Below, piece after piece: positions 1 to 10,825 of a stretch of 64,000 nucleotides of DNA. This stretch comes from Candidatus Endobugula sp. Lineage in GTDB: Bacteria; Pseudomonadota; Gammaproteobacteria; Pseudomonadales; Cellvibrionaceae. Both the position numbers and the translations under genes were made by a program. The stretch lies in assembly GCA_047636495.1 (NCBI GenBank), contig JBLILH010000012.1, forward strand, positions 27,083 through 91,082, read 5' to 3'. The notes beneath the pieces are model-generated. The model was not told the origin of the DNA. It was given only the letters and a program-made list of their open reading frames with translations, and did not search any database. Each line of letters opens with the position of its first letter. Position 1 is the first letter of the stretch.

Positions 1-103
1 TGAAAGTTTTCGTGCTTTCAGATGACAATAAAGTTAACATCATCGTTATCTGGTTTCTTTACCATTAGATAAGAAAAAACATGAGCTGTGTATTACATGA
101 AAA

Positions 104-2293
104 GTGGGTTCTTTAATGGTTGAAATAGAAAATATCGTAATATCTAACAAAGGCTTCCGAGGCGACACTAAGCTGTGTTTTCAAACACTGAGTGAGGCGA
201 TGCCTCAGTTAGCTTGGACCGCTTCACCTGATGGCGAGTACTCGCATGTTAATCGGCGCATTGTTGACTTTTTTGGCATGTCCAATAACGTATGGCTGGG
301 CGTCACTTGGCAATCCATACTTCACCCTGATGACGTTGTACGGGCCGAAGTGGCATGGAATTATGCTATAGGTAATGCGGAGCCGTACGAAATTGATTTT
401 CGTTTAAAGAACAGAGATGGCATTTACATTTGGCACTTTTGCCAAGCATTTCCAGTATTTGATGAAAAGGCACAAGTGACTGAATGGTTTGGAACCTATT
501 TAGATATCACTGATCGCAAACAGGCGGAGCAAGAGCGATTAACCACTAATCAATTATTATACGAGTCGCAAAAACTTGCTAAGATAGGTGGCTGGGAATT
601 GGATATACGTACGGGCCATTTGTTTTGGACCCTCGAGAATTACTTCCTGCACGATACTACGCCTGATGAATTTAACCCTACCATAGACGCGGACATTAGC
701 TATTATCTACCGGAGTCGCTCAAAATAATTACTGACGCGTTAGATGCAGCGATGAGTCAAGGTCAGTATTATGATCTGGAACTAGAAAAGTTAACCATTA
801 AGGGGCGTAAAATTGATGTTCGCTTGACCTGCTCAGTGACGTTAGAAGAAGGTAAAGCGGTTAAATTAATTGGTATTGTCCAAGATATAACTGACCGAAA
901 AGCTTCTCTGAGACAACTAGAGAACGCTAACAAAGCGCTAAAAGACGTTAACGCTGAGTTGAAGTACATAGCAAATTATGATGAACTTACTCGCTTGCCA
1001 AATCGTAGTTTATTGACCGGTCTAATACGCCAATCAGTTTCCCAGATAAAATGTAATGGACGCTCAATGGCTGTTGCTTTTTTGGATCTGGACGGTTTTA
1101 AAGCAATTAATGATACTTACGGACATGATGTCGGCGATAAGCTGTTAGTTAATATTGCCACAAGAATGAAAGATGAATTACGTGAAATCGACACCTTAGC
1201 GCGTATTGGTGGAGATGAATTTGTACTACTGTTGGACGATTTAGCTGCGCCAAAAGACTGTGAGGTATTATTGCAACGTTTGCTTAACGTTGTCGCCAAA
1301 CCTGTAATGCTAGAAAATAATCAAGTGCAGGTGTCGGCTAGCATTGGGGTAACTATTTACCCGCAAGATTTTGTCGATGCAGAACAATTACTGCGACATG
1401 CTGACCAAGCTATGTACCGAGCCAAACAGTCAGGCAAGAATTGCTTCTATTTATTTGATGTGGAGCAAGATACCGCGGTTCAAGTTCAGCATGGCGAGTG
1501 TGAAAATATCCAACAAGCTTTTGATCGCAATGAGTTCGTGCTGTTTTATCAGCCCAAAGTGAATATGCACACTGGCGAAGTGGTGGGTGCGGAAGCGCTT
1601 ATTCGCTGGCAGCACCCACAACGTGGATTAGTGCCCCCCTTAGATTTTTTACCTGTGATAGAAAATAACCCACTGAGTATTAATATTGGTGAATGGGTGA
1701 TCTCTTCCGCGCTTGAGCAAATGGAAAATTGGCGGTTGGCTGGTTTAGAACTTCCTGTTAGTGTCAATATTAGTGCGCTCCAATTGCAGCAAGCAGATTT
1801 TTTACAAAGACTAAAAGAGATAATTGGTCAATTTCCTAATACACCACCCCATCATTTAGAGTTAGAAATTTTAGAGACGAGTGCGCTTGGCGATATTGAT
1901 CAAGTGTCGAAGTTGATAGATTCTTGTAAGTCACTCGCTATTGATTTTGCTTTGGATGATTTTGGTACTGGCTATTCTTCCCTAACTTATCTTAAACGCT
2001 TGCCCGCTACGCTGCTTAAAATTGATCAAGTTTTCGTTAGGGATATGCTGAGCGATGCAGATGATTTAGCGATCATCGAGGGCATCATCGGTCTTGCTAA
2101 TGCCTTTCAGCGGGACGTTATTGCTGAAGGTGTCGAATCCGTTGCGCATGGAGAAAAATTGTTGTCAATGGGCTGTAAATTAGCACAGGGTTATGGTATC
2201 GCACGTCCAATGCCACCGGAGGAAATCCCGAACTGGATGAAAAACTGGAAACCCGACTTAGCGTGGACGAATATGCATAAGGCTCCCAGTTAA
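104..2293 (+). CDS. PAS/PAC-PAS-GGDEF-EAL diguanylate cyclase/phosphodiesterase
   Basis: PAS-type segments (WQSILHPDD, WFGTYLDIT, IGIVQDITDRK), intact GGDEF preceded by RxxD I-site (REID-TLARI-GGDEF), EAL (GAEALIRW), DDFGTGYSS and EGVE motifs. Start may be ATG at 116. Confidence 0.93.
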   Translation: MGSLMVEIENIVISNKGFRGDTKLCFQTLSEAMPQLAWTASPDGEYSHVNRRIVDFFGMSNNVWLGVTWQSILHPDDVVRAEVAWNYAIGNAEPYEIDFRLKNRDGIYIWHFCQAFPVFDEKAQVTEWFGTYLDITDRKQAEQERLTTNQLLYESQKLAKIGGWELDIRTGHLFWTLENYFLHDTTPDEFNPTIDADISYYLPESLKIITDALDAAMSQGQYYDLELEKLTIKGRKIDVRLTCSVTLEEGKAVKLIGIVQDITDRKASLRQLENANKALKDVNAELKYIANYDELTRLPNRSLLTGLIRQSVSQIKCNGRSMAVAFLDLDGFKAINDTYGHDVGDKLLVNIATRMKDELREIDTLARIGGDEFVLLLDDLAAPKDCEVLLQRLLNVVAKPVMLENNQVQVSASIGVTIYPQDFVDAEQLLRHADQAMYRAKQSGKNCFYLFDVEQDTAVQVQHGECENIQQAFDRNEFVLFYQPKVNMHTGEVVGAEALIRWQHPQRGLVPPLDFLPVIENNPLSINIGEWVISSALEQMENWRLAGLELPVSVNISALQLQQADFLQRLKEIIGQFPNTPPHHLELEILETSALGDIDQVSKLIDSCKSLAIDFALDDFGTGYSSLTYLKRLPATLLKIDQVFVRDMLSDADDLAIIEGIIGLANAFQRDVIAEGVESVAHGEKLLSMGCKLAQGYGIARPMPPEEIPNWMKNWKPDLAWTNMHKAPS

Positions 2294-2552
2294 CTTAAAT
2301 TATTTTTAGTTTTGTTACATCGTTAGTAAATTATCTCGCTGTAGAAGGTGCTTTTAGTTTAGCCTGTTATGTGTGCACATAAGTATACATATCGAATGAG
2401 ATTAATTGATAAGCGACGTGGAAACTTTCTTCAGAAGGTTCTGCTTTACAGCACCCGCCACTATATATGCCTATAATTTATTCGTATGCTGGTTATGCTA
2501 TCGATGATGATTTAGTCGAAGCATCGGCAATATTATTGGGTGTTGCTGTCCA

Positions 2553-3249
2553 CTAAAAATGATAAGCAAGCGACAGGTTAACAACGGGGTAGATATTAAC
2601 GTCATCTAAGCTGTTTTTTAGTTCTCGACTTTCCGTATCGAGCTGGGTATCAAGGGCACTTTGTATCGCTGGGTTGGTGCCTGTTGATGACAGGTTGATA
2701 TTCGGATTGCTTATGCCAATGACACCGATATCAATCGCAAAGCTGAGTGACTGATCTTGTCTCACAGCATTACCCCCAGCCAATGCCAACATAGGGTGCA
2801 ACGGAGTCATAATCGACTTTTGCGTTAATGGTGCCAATATCTGATGCGAGAAAGCTGGAACTACCTACGGTAATGCTCCCACTGGTTTGTGTGGTTTTTG
2901 CTGAATAGTGGGTGCCGTTGTTAACCACGCCAATACTGGCACGAAAGCCGCTGGAGGCAAAAGGGTGCCAATCTAAAAGTAGGCTGAGAGTGTCTAACGC
3001 GATATCAAACTGATACGCTGTACTTGACTCGATATCGTTTTGGGTGAAATCATAAGTCGCATAGACACCACGAATATTAAAGTTATCAATTAGCTGATAA
3101 GTACCATTAACAGACAAGCCGGTTGTACCTGCTCCAGCACCCAATGCAAAATTTTTCGTTTTTTGATGGTTATTAGCCAACGATTGATGACTAAATAATA
3201 GGCTGCTGGACAGAGCGCAGATAAGAAGGGTGCAACGATAGTGTTTCAT
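2553..3249 (-). pseudogene. Outer-membrane beta-barrel protein split by a +1 frameshift
   Basis: ORF 2770..3249 has a signal peptide and ends YVGIGWG*; ORF 2553..2837 continues GNAVRQ...LSLAYHF (terminal aromatic residue). Removing one base from the C5 run at 2773-2777 (G5 on the coding strand) gives one 231-aa frame. Confidence 0.8.
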
Positions 3250-3370
3250 GTGATTCCCTTGGGTGTATCCACTAGAAAAATACCTGTTAAGTAAACGATA
3301 AATTTATAATAGTATTCTTAGAGTGAAAAGCAATATAGCCAGCGCAGGCCCTACGTTTTCGATACCATCA

Positions 3371-4768
3371 TTAACTAATATGTCTAAGCAAGTTTTCTAA
3401 ACTTGCCTTGGCATCACCAAATAACATTCTAGTGTTTTCTTTATAGAACAACGGGTTTTCAACACCCGCATAGCCTGCCGCCATACCCCGTTTTAGCACG
3501 ATAGTTTTTTTACCTAACCACGGTTTTAGTACGGGCATACCTGCAATGGGGCTGTCGGGAACTTCTTGGGCGGCAGGATTCACAATGTCGTTAGCACCGA
3601 TGACGATAGAAACGTCTACAGTAGGAAAGTCGGCATTGATTTCTTCCATTTCAAATACGATGTCGTAGGGGACTTTTGCCTCGGCTAACAACACATTCAT
3701 GTGGCCTGGCATTCGACCTGCTACGGGATGAATGCCAAAGCGCACATTGATGCCTCTTTTTCGTAGTATTTTGGTGATGTCACTCACCATGTGTTGTGCC
3801 TGCGCAACGGCCATTCCGTAACCGGGGATAATGACCACTTCTTTCGCGGACATCAGCATACCGCCGACCTCTTCAACCGTCGTTGGTATTACGTCACCTT
3901 CTATTTCTGTTGCTGAGCCCGTGCTAGCTTTTGGCGCGGTACCAAAACCGCCAGCAATAACAGAGATAAAGTTACGATTCATCGCACGGCACATAATGTA
4001 AGACAGAATTGCTCCAGAGCTGCCCACTAATGCACCAATAACAATAAGAAGATCGTTAGATAACATAAAACCTAATGCCGCAGCTGCCCACCCCGAGTAA
4101 CTGTTTAGCATTGACACCACTACGGGCATATCGGCCCCACCAATCGCAGCGACCATATGTATACCAAATAATAAAGCGACAATAGTCATTAACGCTAATG
4201 GAATTAAACCACCGCCTAGTGCGGACTCGGTAACAAAATGAACCCCAAAACCAATAGCTAATATAAGCAAGCTAAGATTAAGCCAATGACGGGCAGGGAG
4301 CATGAGTGGCCTGCCACTCCATTTACCACTCAGCTTTAAGTAGGCTACTACCGAACCAGAAAAAGTCATCGCACCAATTAAGATACCTATATAGGTCTCT
4401 ACATCGTGGATGGTTTTTTCTACACCTTGTAAGTTCATGTCGTGACTAAGAAAGTTGGCGAAGCCGACTAAGACCGCCGCTAAACCCACAAGGCTATGCA
4501 GTATAGCTACTAGTTCTGGCATTTGAGTCATTTGGACTTTTTTGGCAAGAAGCAAACCTACGCTACCGCCAATAGCTAATGCACCGATGAGTAGTGCATA
4601 ATTTTCTGTGACTACACCAACAGCAGTTACTGTTAACGCTATAGCCATACCGATCATGCCAAATAAGTTTCCTTTTCTAGCAGTTTCTTGTTTACTTAAT
4701 CCGCTAAGGGCGAGAATAAATAATATGATCGCACCAATATAAGCAATATTAACGAGGTTCTGAGACAT
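3371..4768 (-). CDS. pntB: NAD(P)+ transhydrogenase subunit beta
   Basis: Multi-TM N-terminus; [36 protein letters not shown] and GANDIVNP motifs; adjacent to pntA. Confidence 0.97.
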   Translation of the reverse strand: MSQNLVNIAYIGAIILFILALSGLSKQETARKGNLFGMIGMAIALTVTAVGVVTENYALLIGALAIGGSVGLLLAKKVQMTQMPELVAILHSLVGLAAVLVGFANFLSHDMNLQGVEKTIHDVETYIGILIGAMTFSGSVVAYLKLSGKWSGRPLMLPARHWLNLSLLILAIGFGVHFVTESALGGGLIPLALMTIVALLFGIHMVAAIGGADMPVVVSMLNSYSGWAAAALGFMLSNDLLIVIGALVGSSGAILSYIMCRAMNRNFISVIAGGFGTAPKASTGSATEIEGDVIPTTVEEVGGMLMSAKEVVIIPGYGMAVAQAQHMVSDITKILRKRGINVRFGIHPVAGRMPGHMNVLLAEAKVPYDIVFEMEEINADFPTVDVSIVIGANDIVNPAAQEVPDSPIAGMPVLKPWLGKKTIVLKRGMAAGYAGVENPLFYKENTRMLFGDAKASLENLLRHIS

Positions 4769-4822
4769 AGTGTTTCTCTTTAATGATTTTCTGTAAGCAT
4801 CGTTTTTAAATCGTTTTTCTAT

Positions 4823-6358
4823 TCATCGTCTAAACATATCTAACATACGCTGGGTTACCGCAAAGCCACCGACTATATTGATACTAGCGATTAACGCGGT
4901 GATGGCTGACAGCCACATCACCCAAGGAGAGGGCGACGAAATCTGCAAGAGTGCGCCAATAATAATAATGCTACTAATGGCATTGGTGACACTCATTAGC
5001 GGTGTATGTAAGGACGGTGATACATTCCAAATAACCGTATAGCCAACAAAACAGGATAAAACAAATACAGTAAAATGGGCTGTGAAGCTAGCGGGTGCGA
5101 CTGAGCCTAACCACGTTAGTAATATTGCCCCAACTATAAAGGGTAACCACGGCTTAATTTTTGATGATGTGTTTGCTTCTTCAAGTGCTATTTCCACAAC
5201 GGGCTTGGGTGTGATTTTTGGGGCTGCGGATAGCTTTGGTGCAGGCGGTGGAAAAGTGATTTCGCCACCTTTTGTCACAGTGGCACCACGGATAGCCTCA
5301 TCTTCAAAATCGAGGACAAAAATACCGTCTTTATTAGGTGTCATATCGGTTAATAAATGCCGTAAATTAGTGGCATAAAGTTGGCTGGATTGTGTGGGTA
5401 AACGGCTAGGTAAGTCGGTGTAGCCAATAATAGAAACACCATGCTTAACAACCACTTTATCTGTTTCTGAGAGCTTACAGTTGCCCCCCATGGCAGCGGC
5501 AAGATCGACAATAACGCTGCCTTCTCGCATAGATTTTACCATGTCTTCAGTGATAAGCTCTGGGGCAGGTTGTCCGGGGATAAGTGCGGTGGTGACAATA
5601 ATATCCACTTCTTTCGCTTGTTCTGCGAAGAGTGCCATTTCGGCATCAATAAATTCTTTGCTCATGGTTTTGGCGTAACCGCCTGCGCCACTGCCGTCTT
5701 CTTCAAATTCCAACATCAGGAATTCGCCATTCATGCTCTCCACTTGTTCTTTTGCTTCAGGTCGCGTATCGAAGGCGCGTACGATAGCGCCCATGCTTTG
5801 CGCAGTGCCGATGGCAGCAAGGCCTGCGACACCCGCGCCAATAACCAGTACTTTAGCCGGGGGGACTTTACCTGCGGCGGTGATTTGTCCCGTAAAAAAT
5901 CGACCAAAATGTTGAGCGGCTTCAATAATTGCACGATAGCCCGCAATATTGGCCATTGAACTAAGTGCATCCATTTTTTGCGCGCGTGAGATACGGGGAA
6001 TACTTTCCATAGCCAATGCCGACACTTTTTTATCAGCGAGTATTTTAAGCAGTTTTGGATTTTGTGCAGGTGCTAGAAAAGAAACGAATAGTTGGCCCTC
6101 ACGTAAGAGGGCGAGTTCCTCTTCAGTAGGTTCACGAACTTTAAGAATAATATCGGCTTTAGCGTAAAGTGTTTCTATATTATCAATAATAGTAACGTTT
6201 GCACTTCTATAGTCGTTATCGCGAAACTTGGCCGCTTCACCGGCACCACTTTCTATGGCTACATCGTAGCCCAGTTTTTGTAATTGTTGCGCTGCCTCTG
6301 GTGTGGTAGCGACACGCTTTTCACCTTTGAAACGTTCTTTAGGTATGCCAATTAACAT
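4823..6358 (-). CDS. pntA: NAD(P)+ transhydrogenase subunit alpha
   Basis: MLIGIPKE...EKRVA start, [14 protein letters not shown]-binding motif, TTALIPG, C-terminal TM block with [13 protein letters not shown]. Start placed at ATG 6358. Confidence 0.97.
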   Translation of the reverse strand: MLIGIPKERFKGEKRVATTPEAAQQLQKLGYDVAIESGAGEAAKFRDNDYRSANVTIIDNIETLYAKADIILKVREPTEEELALLREGQLFVSFLAPAQNPKLLKILADKKVSALAMESIPRISRAQKMDALSSMANIAGYRAIIEAAQHFGRFFTGQITAAGKVPPAKVLVIGAGVAGLAAIGTAQSMGAIVRAFDTRPEAKEQVESMNGEFLMLEFEEDGSGAGGYAKTMSKEFIDAEMALFAEQAKEVDIIVTTALIPGQPAPELITEDMVKSMREGSVIVDLAAAMGGNCKLSETDKVVVKHGVSIIGYTDLPSRLPTQSSQLYATNLRHLLTDMTPNKDGIFVLDFEDEAIRGATVTKGGEITFPPPAPKLSAAPKITPKPVVEIALEEANTSSKIKPWLPFIVGAILLTWLGSVAPASFTAHFTVFVLSCFVGYTVIWNVSPSLHTPLMSVTNAISSIIIIGALLQISSPSPWVMWLSAITALIASINIVGGFAVTQRMLDMFRR

Positions 6359-6625
6359 GAAATATCCTTTAACAATGATTGCCCGAGTAGGGTGATTTAG
6401 CAAAACAGTATTTACTGTACGATATCTACCTGCTGAGTTTTACTACCGTTATAACCAAGTGGTTTGGTGAACACTATTCTAAAAGATCGCCTTTTAGATT
6501 AAAGTTAACCTATGGATAGTATTATGTGGCGTTACATTAACGATTGCAATTAAGCAGACCTATTGAATAGATTGTTTTTATTGATAATAGGGGTTGGTCA
6601 TAATAATTTCTTGAGCGAGATGTAG

Positions 6626-7342
6626 ATGGGTATAAAAGCATGCCAGTTAGTAGCCCACCGCGGTTATCAAAAATATTTCCCTGAAAATACTATGCTCGCT
6701 ATCAATGAAGCGATTAATCATGGTGCGGTTAATATAGAGATTGACATTCAATTGAACGATGATGGTGAAGTTATTTTATTTCACGATGTTGATATGTATA
6801 GAGCAACGGGGCGCAAAGGCAATATCCATACTGTATCGTCAAGTCAATTGAGAAAATACTTTTTAAGTGAGCCTAGTCGCTTAGGCAATCAGTTTTCGGA
6901 AAACCCCATCACATTTTTACGGGAGTTATTGCCACTAATAAAAAAATCGCCCCAGGTTAACTTCTTTATTGAGGTAAAACAGGAAAGTGTTGAACGTTAT
7001 GGTGTTGAGTATTGTATTAAACGTCTCACAGCACTTATAAACATTCAATTACCAAACGTTATTATTATTAGTTTTTCTGGTGATATAGCGTATGCCGCAC
7101 ATCAATTAAATTTTTTGTGTGGTTTAGTTATTCGTGACTGGGCGCCTCGGGAAAAGCTTGCGAACACATATTGTGCGGATTATCTTTTCATAAACGAGCA
7201 ATGTCTTCCCCCCAACAGCGATGTGAGTGCGAGTGTTCCGGTCATTCTGTACGAGATTACCGATACGCTATTGGCGCTAGAATACCTGAGACATGGAGCT
7301 TATGCGATAGAAACATTTGATATCGCTAAGCTCTTAAAATAA
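6626..7342 (+). CDS. Glycerophosphodiester phosphodiesterase family protein
   Basis: LVAHRG...PENT, EIDIQ, ILFHD and FFIEVK motifs of the GDPD family. Confidence 0.85.
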   Translation: MGIKACQLVAHRGYQKYFPENTMLAINEAINHGAVNIEIDIQLNDDGEVILFHDVDMYRATGRKGNIHTVSSSQLRKYFLSEPSRLGNQFSENPITFLRELLPLIKKSPQVNFFIEVKQESVERYGVEYCIKRLTALINIQLPNVIIISFSGDIAYAAHQLNFLCGLVIRDWAPREKLANTYCADYLFINEQCLPPNSDVSASVPVILYEITDTLLALEYLRHGAYAIETFDIAKLLK

Positions 7343-7619
7343 TGGAGGTGCTGCTGACCGGTTAACTATTTTTTGTCATGCTAAGTTTGACCCGATAGCC
7401 AGTCACTCACTGAATCACTGGATTTCGGATTAGCAAAAAATTCTGCATAAAATGACAAAGTTAAACAATAATGTTCATATCTATCGTGCCGTCAGTTGCT
7501 TGGCTTCTTTCTCAGCTGGCTTTCTCAGTTGGCTTTTCACAGACACCGACATTCTTCGGAGCGGCAGTGTCATGCGCTATAGAAACTACAACATCGAATG
7601 AGTCTGAGCACCTTTACCC

Positions 7620-8801
7620 TTATCGAGCTAAGCCGCTAATATTTTTTTGGAATTGTGGCCGCTGATGATATTCACAATCACCAATGTGGATATTGCCTTC
7701 TGGGGTGGGCTCAGGCATTGCTTGGCTATTGCCCTGAGAGAAATTTTTGTCATGAGATAAATGACTGTATTTTATATAGCGCCACATATAGTCGCGTAAA
7801 AACCACTGGTCAACATTAGGTGTAGTGACCGAGTGAGTAGGATAATTACTAAGCAGTTCTTGCATGTTAGACAATACCCTAGCAATACCTCCCCACATGC
7901 CCGCGAGTATAAGGTCGGTGTGCATCCACCAATCACGCAGAATATGAAAATGTTTTACAGAATCTATCCATTGCTGAACCGCTTTATACTCTCTGACACT
8001 AAATACAGCATCAGCGTCCCTCACTAAAAAATATCCAACAGACACATCCTTCGTTACGTTAAAGCGTCAGCAAAGTTTGTGTTGTTGAGGATGTCCCTTA
8101 GGTTGTAATAATACTTTTCCCCCTAACTGCTTAATCAGTTCAATAAATCCTTGGCTTACGCTATTGTCAACATGACACCATAATTCCCAGCCACGGTAGA
8201 GATCTGGAGCAAGAAGTAGATTACGTAATGAACCAAAAATATAACGTTTTTCATTACCCCATAAGCTAAACGAGATAACCTTTTTTTTATCTACTGTTAG
8301 TTCGCTAGTAATGTGCTTTGATGGCTGCCATTTATTATCAAGTATGCCGTACTTTCTATCTTTTAGAATTAATGAATTATTACCAGCTGTTGCTGCTTTT
8401 TTATCTTCACCTATATGCTGATAACTTGAAGCAAGTGAATCCCAACCGGTAAAGTCTTCAGAATGTTTTTTTAAATATTGCCTAATATAAGTTATAGACA
8501 CCCTGTAGGGCTTGTTTTTAGAAAAACTGATGCCCAGATTGAGTAGTAGAGTGTCATCTTCCGGGTAAAGTTCGTGTGCGTTTTGTAATATATGGCTAGC
8601 GCCAGCATAATATTTAATAAGAAAAAGATAATAGCTTAGCTGTTCTAGTTAGCCTTTGGGTTTCTTGTTTTTTGACTTGTTAATAGAAGTAACGATAGTG
8701 TCTATTGCCTTATGAGGATGGCCATTAAGAAATAGTTTATGAACGTTGCCATCCCAATTTTTTGGGATGGCTTGTCGGTGTTGCGCTGACTTATCTTTTA
8801 T
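7620..8801 (-). pseudogene. TPR-repeat protein fused to a KKVISFSLWG/RDAD putative glycosyltransferase-like domain; in-frame nonsense codons
   Basis: One continuous frame of 394 codons, broken only by TAA at 8649-8651 and TGA at 8067-8069 (LC*RF). TPR-like helices (HILQNAHELYPEDDTLLLNLG, GWDSLASSYQHIG) precede KKVISFSLWG, FLVRDAD and LILAGMWGG. The start is ambiguous (ATA 8801 after AAGGAG, or ATG 8831 followed by another in-frame stop). Confidence 0.8.
8748..8771. terminator. Perfect 10-bp hairpin downstream of ylqF (possible terminator)
   Basis: GCCATCCCAA-TTTT-TTGGGATGGC; no clear U-tract, and it overlaps the putative 5' part of the TPR pseudogene. Confidence 0.35.
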
Positions 8802-8831
8802 GCAGCTCCTTTACCACGGAATAACTAGCAT

Positions 8832-9767
8832 TTAATCAATTACACGTCTTGAATTATCTCTAAAGCGCTGTTTTCGTAGTTCTTTTTTTGCTTCTTTGGC
8901 TTGTTTTTCTTTGTTGAGTTCACGGATCTCTTTTTCTATCATTTCGGGTCGCTCTAAGGTGACTGGCCCGATCATGCCTTGACGAAGCTCATGTAATAGG
9001 ATCTCACAGGTTTTATGTATATTAATTCGCCCGCCAACCTGCCTAGCACCTCGTTTTGCTCCCATTTTTTCTAAAAATACAATCGCTTCAGTCGGTATAT
9101 TGTCGAATTGATACCGTTCTTTCAGCAAATGAGAATAGTACGCTATGAGGTATTCTGCAGCGTAGTAGCCGACATCATCGTATTCCATCGCAGTATCTTT
9201 AATTGCACCAGATGCGGCTAGTCGATATCCACTATGCGGGTTTTCAATTTTAGGCCATAGTATGCCTGGCGTATCGTGTAGTATGATACTGTGTTCCAAG
9301 TTAATTTTTTGTTGCCGTTTTGTTACTGCTGGTTCATTGCCTGTTTTAGCAATGATCTTACCGGCTAGCGTATTAATAATAGTCGATTTCCCCACATTGG
9401 GTATGCCAACAATTATGGCATTAATAGCTTTAAAACTCGCGTCTTTTGCTACAGCAATTTCTCGGCATAGATCTAATATTTTACGAGTCTTTGCGGGCAT
9501 GTTTTGCTGACATTTTATGGTCGTTATATTGTCATCCGACTCATAATACTGTTGCCATAGCAGTGTGACTTCAGGATCAGCTAAGTCACACTTGTTAAAT
9601 ACGATTATTGTTGGTTTACCATGGCGTAAATTCGAAATAATTGGGTTTTGACTACTATACGGTAGTCGCGCATCTACCACTTCGATCAGAATATCCATAT
9701 TTCCCAGTACGCTGACAATCTCTTTTCTGGCCTTGTGCATGTGACCTGGATACCAATTAATGCTCAT
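8832..9767 (-). CDS. ylqF: Ribosome biogenesis GTPase YlqF/RbgA
   Basis: MSINWYPGHM start, circularly permuted G motifs (NKCD, GIPNVGKST, DTPG), basic C-terminal tail. Confidence 0.95.
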   Translation of the reverse strand: MSINWYPGHMHKARKEIVSVLGNMDILIEVVDARLPYSSQNPIISNLRHGKPTIIVFNKCDLADPEVTLLWQQYYESDDNITTIKCQQNMPAKTRKILDLCREIAVAKDASFKAINAIIVGIPNVGKSTIINTLAGKIIAKTGNEPAVTKRQQKINLEHSIILHDTPGILWPKIENPHSGYRLAASGAIKDTAMEYDDVGYYAAEYLIAYYSHLLKERYQFDNIPTEAIVFLEKMGAKRGARQVGGRINIHKTCEILLHELRQGMIGPVTLERPEMIEKEIRELNKEKQAKEAKKELRKQRFRDNSRRVID

Positions 9768-9894
9768 AAAATATAATCTACTTGAGGAAGGTGATAAAAG
9801 TTGCCTTAGAATGAGGCGCTATATTGTCGTTAAGCTAACCGTTAGTGCCATTTTAGAGTGTGGTCAACATAAAGAAAAGCTGATGATACAGTTG

Positions 9895-10423
9895 TTTACG
9901 GCATATTATAGATGTTATTCACACAATTTATGATATTACGAGTGTAGTCTCGAGATTCGCAAGATTGTTCAATGATGTAAAGAGTAGATCTGGAGGCTTA
10001 TAATCAATCTCATGTAAGTTCTGGTCATTAATGATGGTTCCACGTAGCTTGCCATATCTTTGGTCACGATGCGTGATACATAGCAGGAAATGAGTATTTT
10101 CTAGCATAGAAAGTACTCGAGAATTTCTGTGTGATTACAGGTTTATTGCTCAAATTTTTTGAACGTATTTCTGTCATTTCCAGCTAACTTAATTTTGGTA
10201 TGAAGTGCCAAGTTAAATCCTAGCGTTTCCGATTGAGTAAGGCAATACGTTGTGTACTATACCCGTCTCCCTCTAGCCTCTGTATTCTCTCCCAACAGCG
10301 CGTTCGTGGTAGATTATCTTGCTCGGCCATATCGGACGTCGAAAAATTGGCGTCAGTTTGTAGTGATTTTAAAATGGCTAGGTCAGTTTTATTTAGTGTG
10401 TTTGTTGTGCCTGATCCTTCCAT
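9895..10423 (-). pseudogene. Lrp/AsnC-family transcriptional regulator remnant
   Basis: HTH part LNKTDLAILKSLQTDA...CWERIQRLEGDG; after a frameshift near 10220 the frame reads GFNLALHTKIKL...FKKFEQ*TCNHTEILE...RIVTKDMASY, then NLANLETTLV, resembling the Lrp ligand-binding domain. 3' boundary approximate. Confidence 0.75.
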
Positions 10424-10472
10424 CTAGTCAGTAAAAAAGTATAGTGCAATAGTTTTTATATGGCGTCTGGAT

Positions 10473-10824
10473 GTGGATAACATATCTAATTTAAGCTGGT
10501 TTTCTGAGTACACACTCGGTGATAAAGATGGCGTGATAAAGACTCATCAGATTCGTGCAACATGTAATGAAGATGATATGGGTAGCCCTGCATCGGAGGG
10601 TATTCATAACGATGGTTTTATTATGTGGGTAGCTGTTGCCTACAACGTCAAGATATTAATGGGGGATACCTTATGTTTGCTGTTGTCGTCGGATAAAGTG
10701 TACATATTGATACGGTGTTAGAGGAATACCAATTTATTATTTTTAATGATCAACGTCATTACCATTATTCATCTGAACAGAATGTAAAAAAAGGAATAAT
10801 GATGTCGTTGCCTTAACTGCCTAA
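10473..10824 (+). pseudogene. 2OG-Fe(II) dioxygenase (PF10014/BsmA-like) C-terminal remnant
   Basis: HQIR...GSPASEGIHNDGF, then after a frameshift YVGSCCLQRQDINGG...IIFNDQRHYH...DVVALTA*, retaining the HxD...H iron triad. The N-terminal half appears deleted. Confidence 0.7.
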
Positions 10825-10825
10825 A

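Noticed and set aside
2418-2483. Possible transposase remnant (VETFFRR...YAYNLF)
   Set aside because: Too short and generic to support without a search.
2294-2552. c-di-GMP riboswitch or other ncRNA near the GGDEF-EAL gene
   Set aside because: No GEMM-type core or tetraloop-receptor pattern recognised by eye; an Infernal scan would be needed.
8067-8069. Alternative genetic code (TGA = Trp) suggested by TGA at a probable Trp position
   Set aside because: pntA, lon and fliF end on TGA at their expected C-termini, and core genes use TGG for Trp without internal TGA; the standard code applies.
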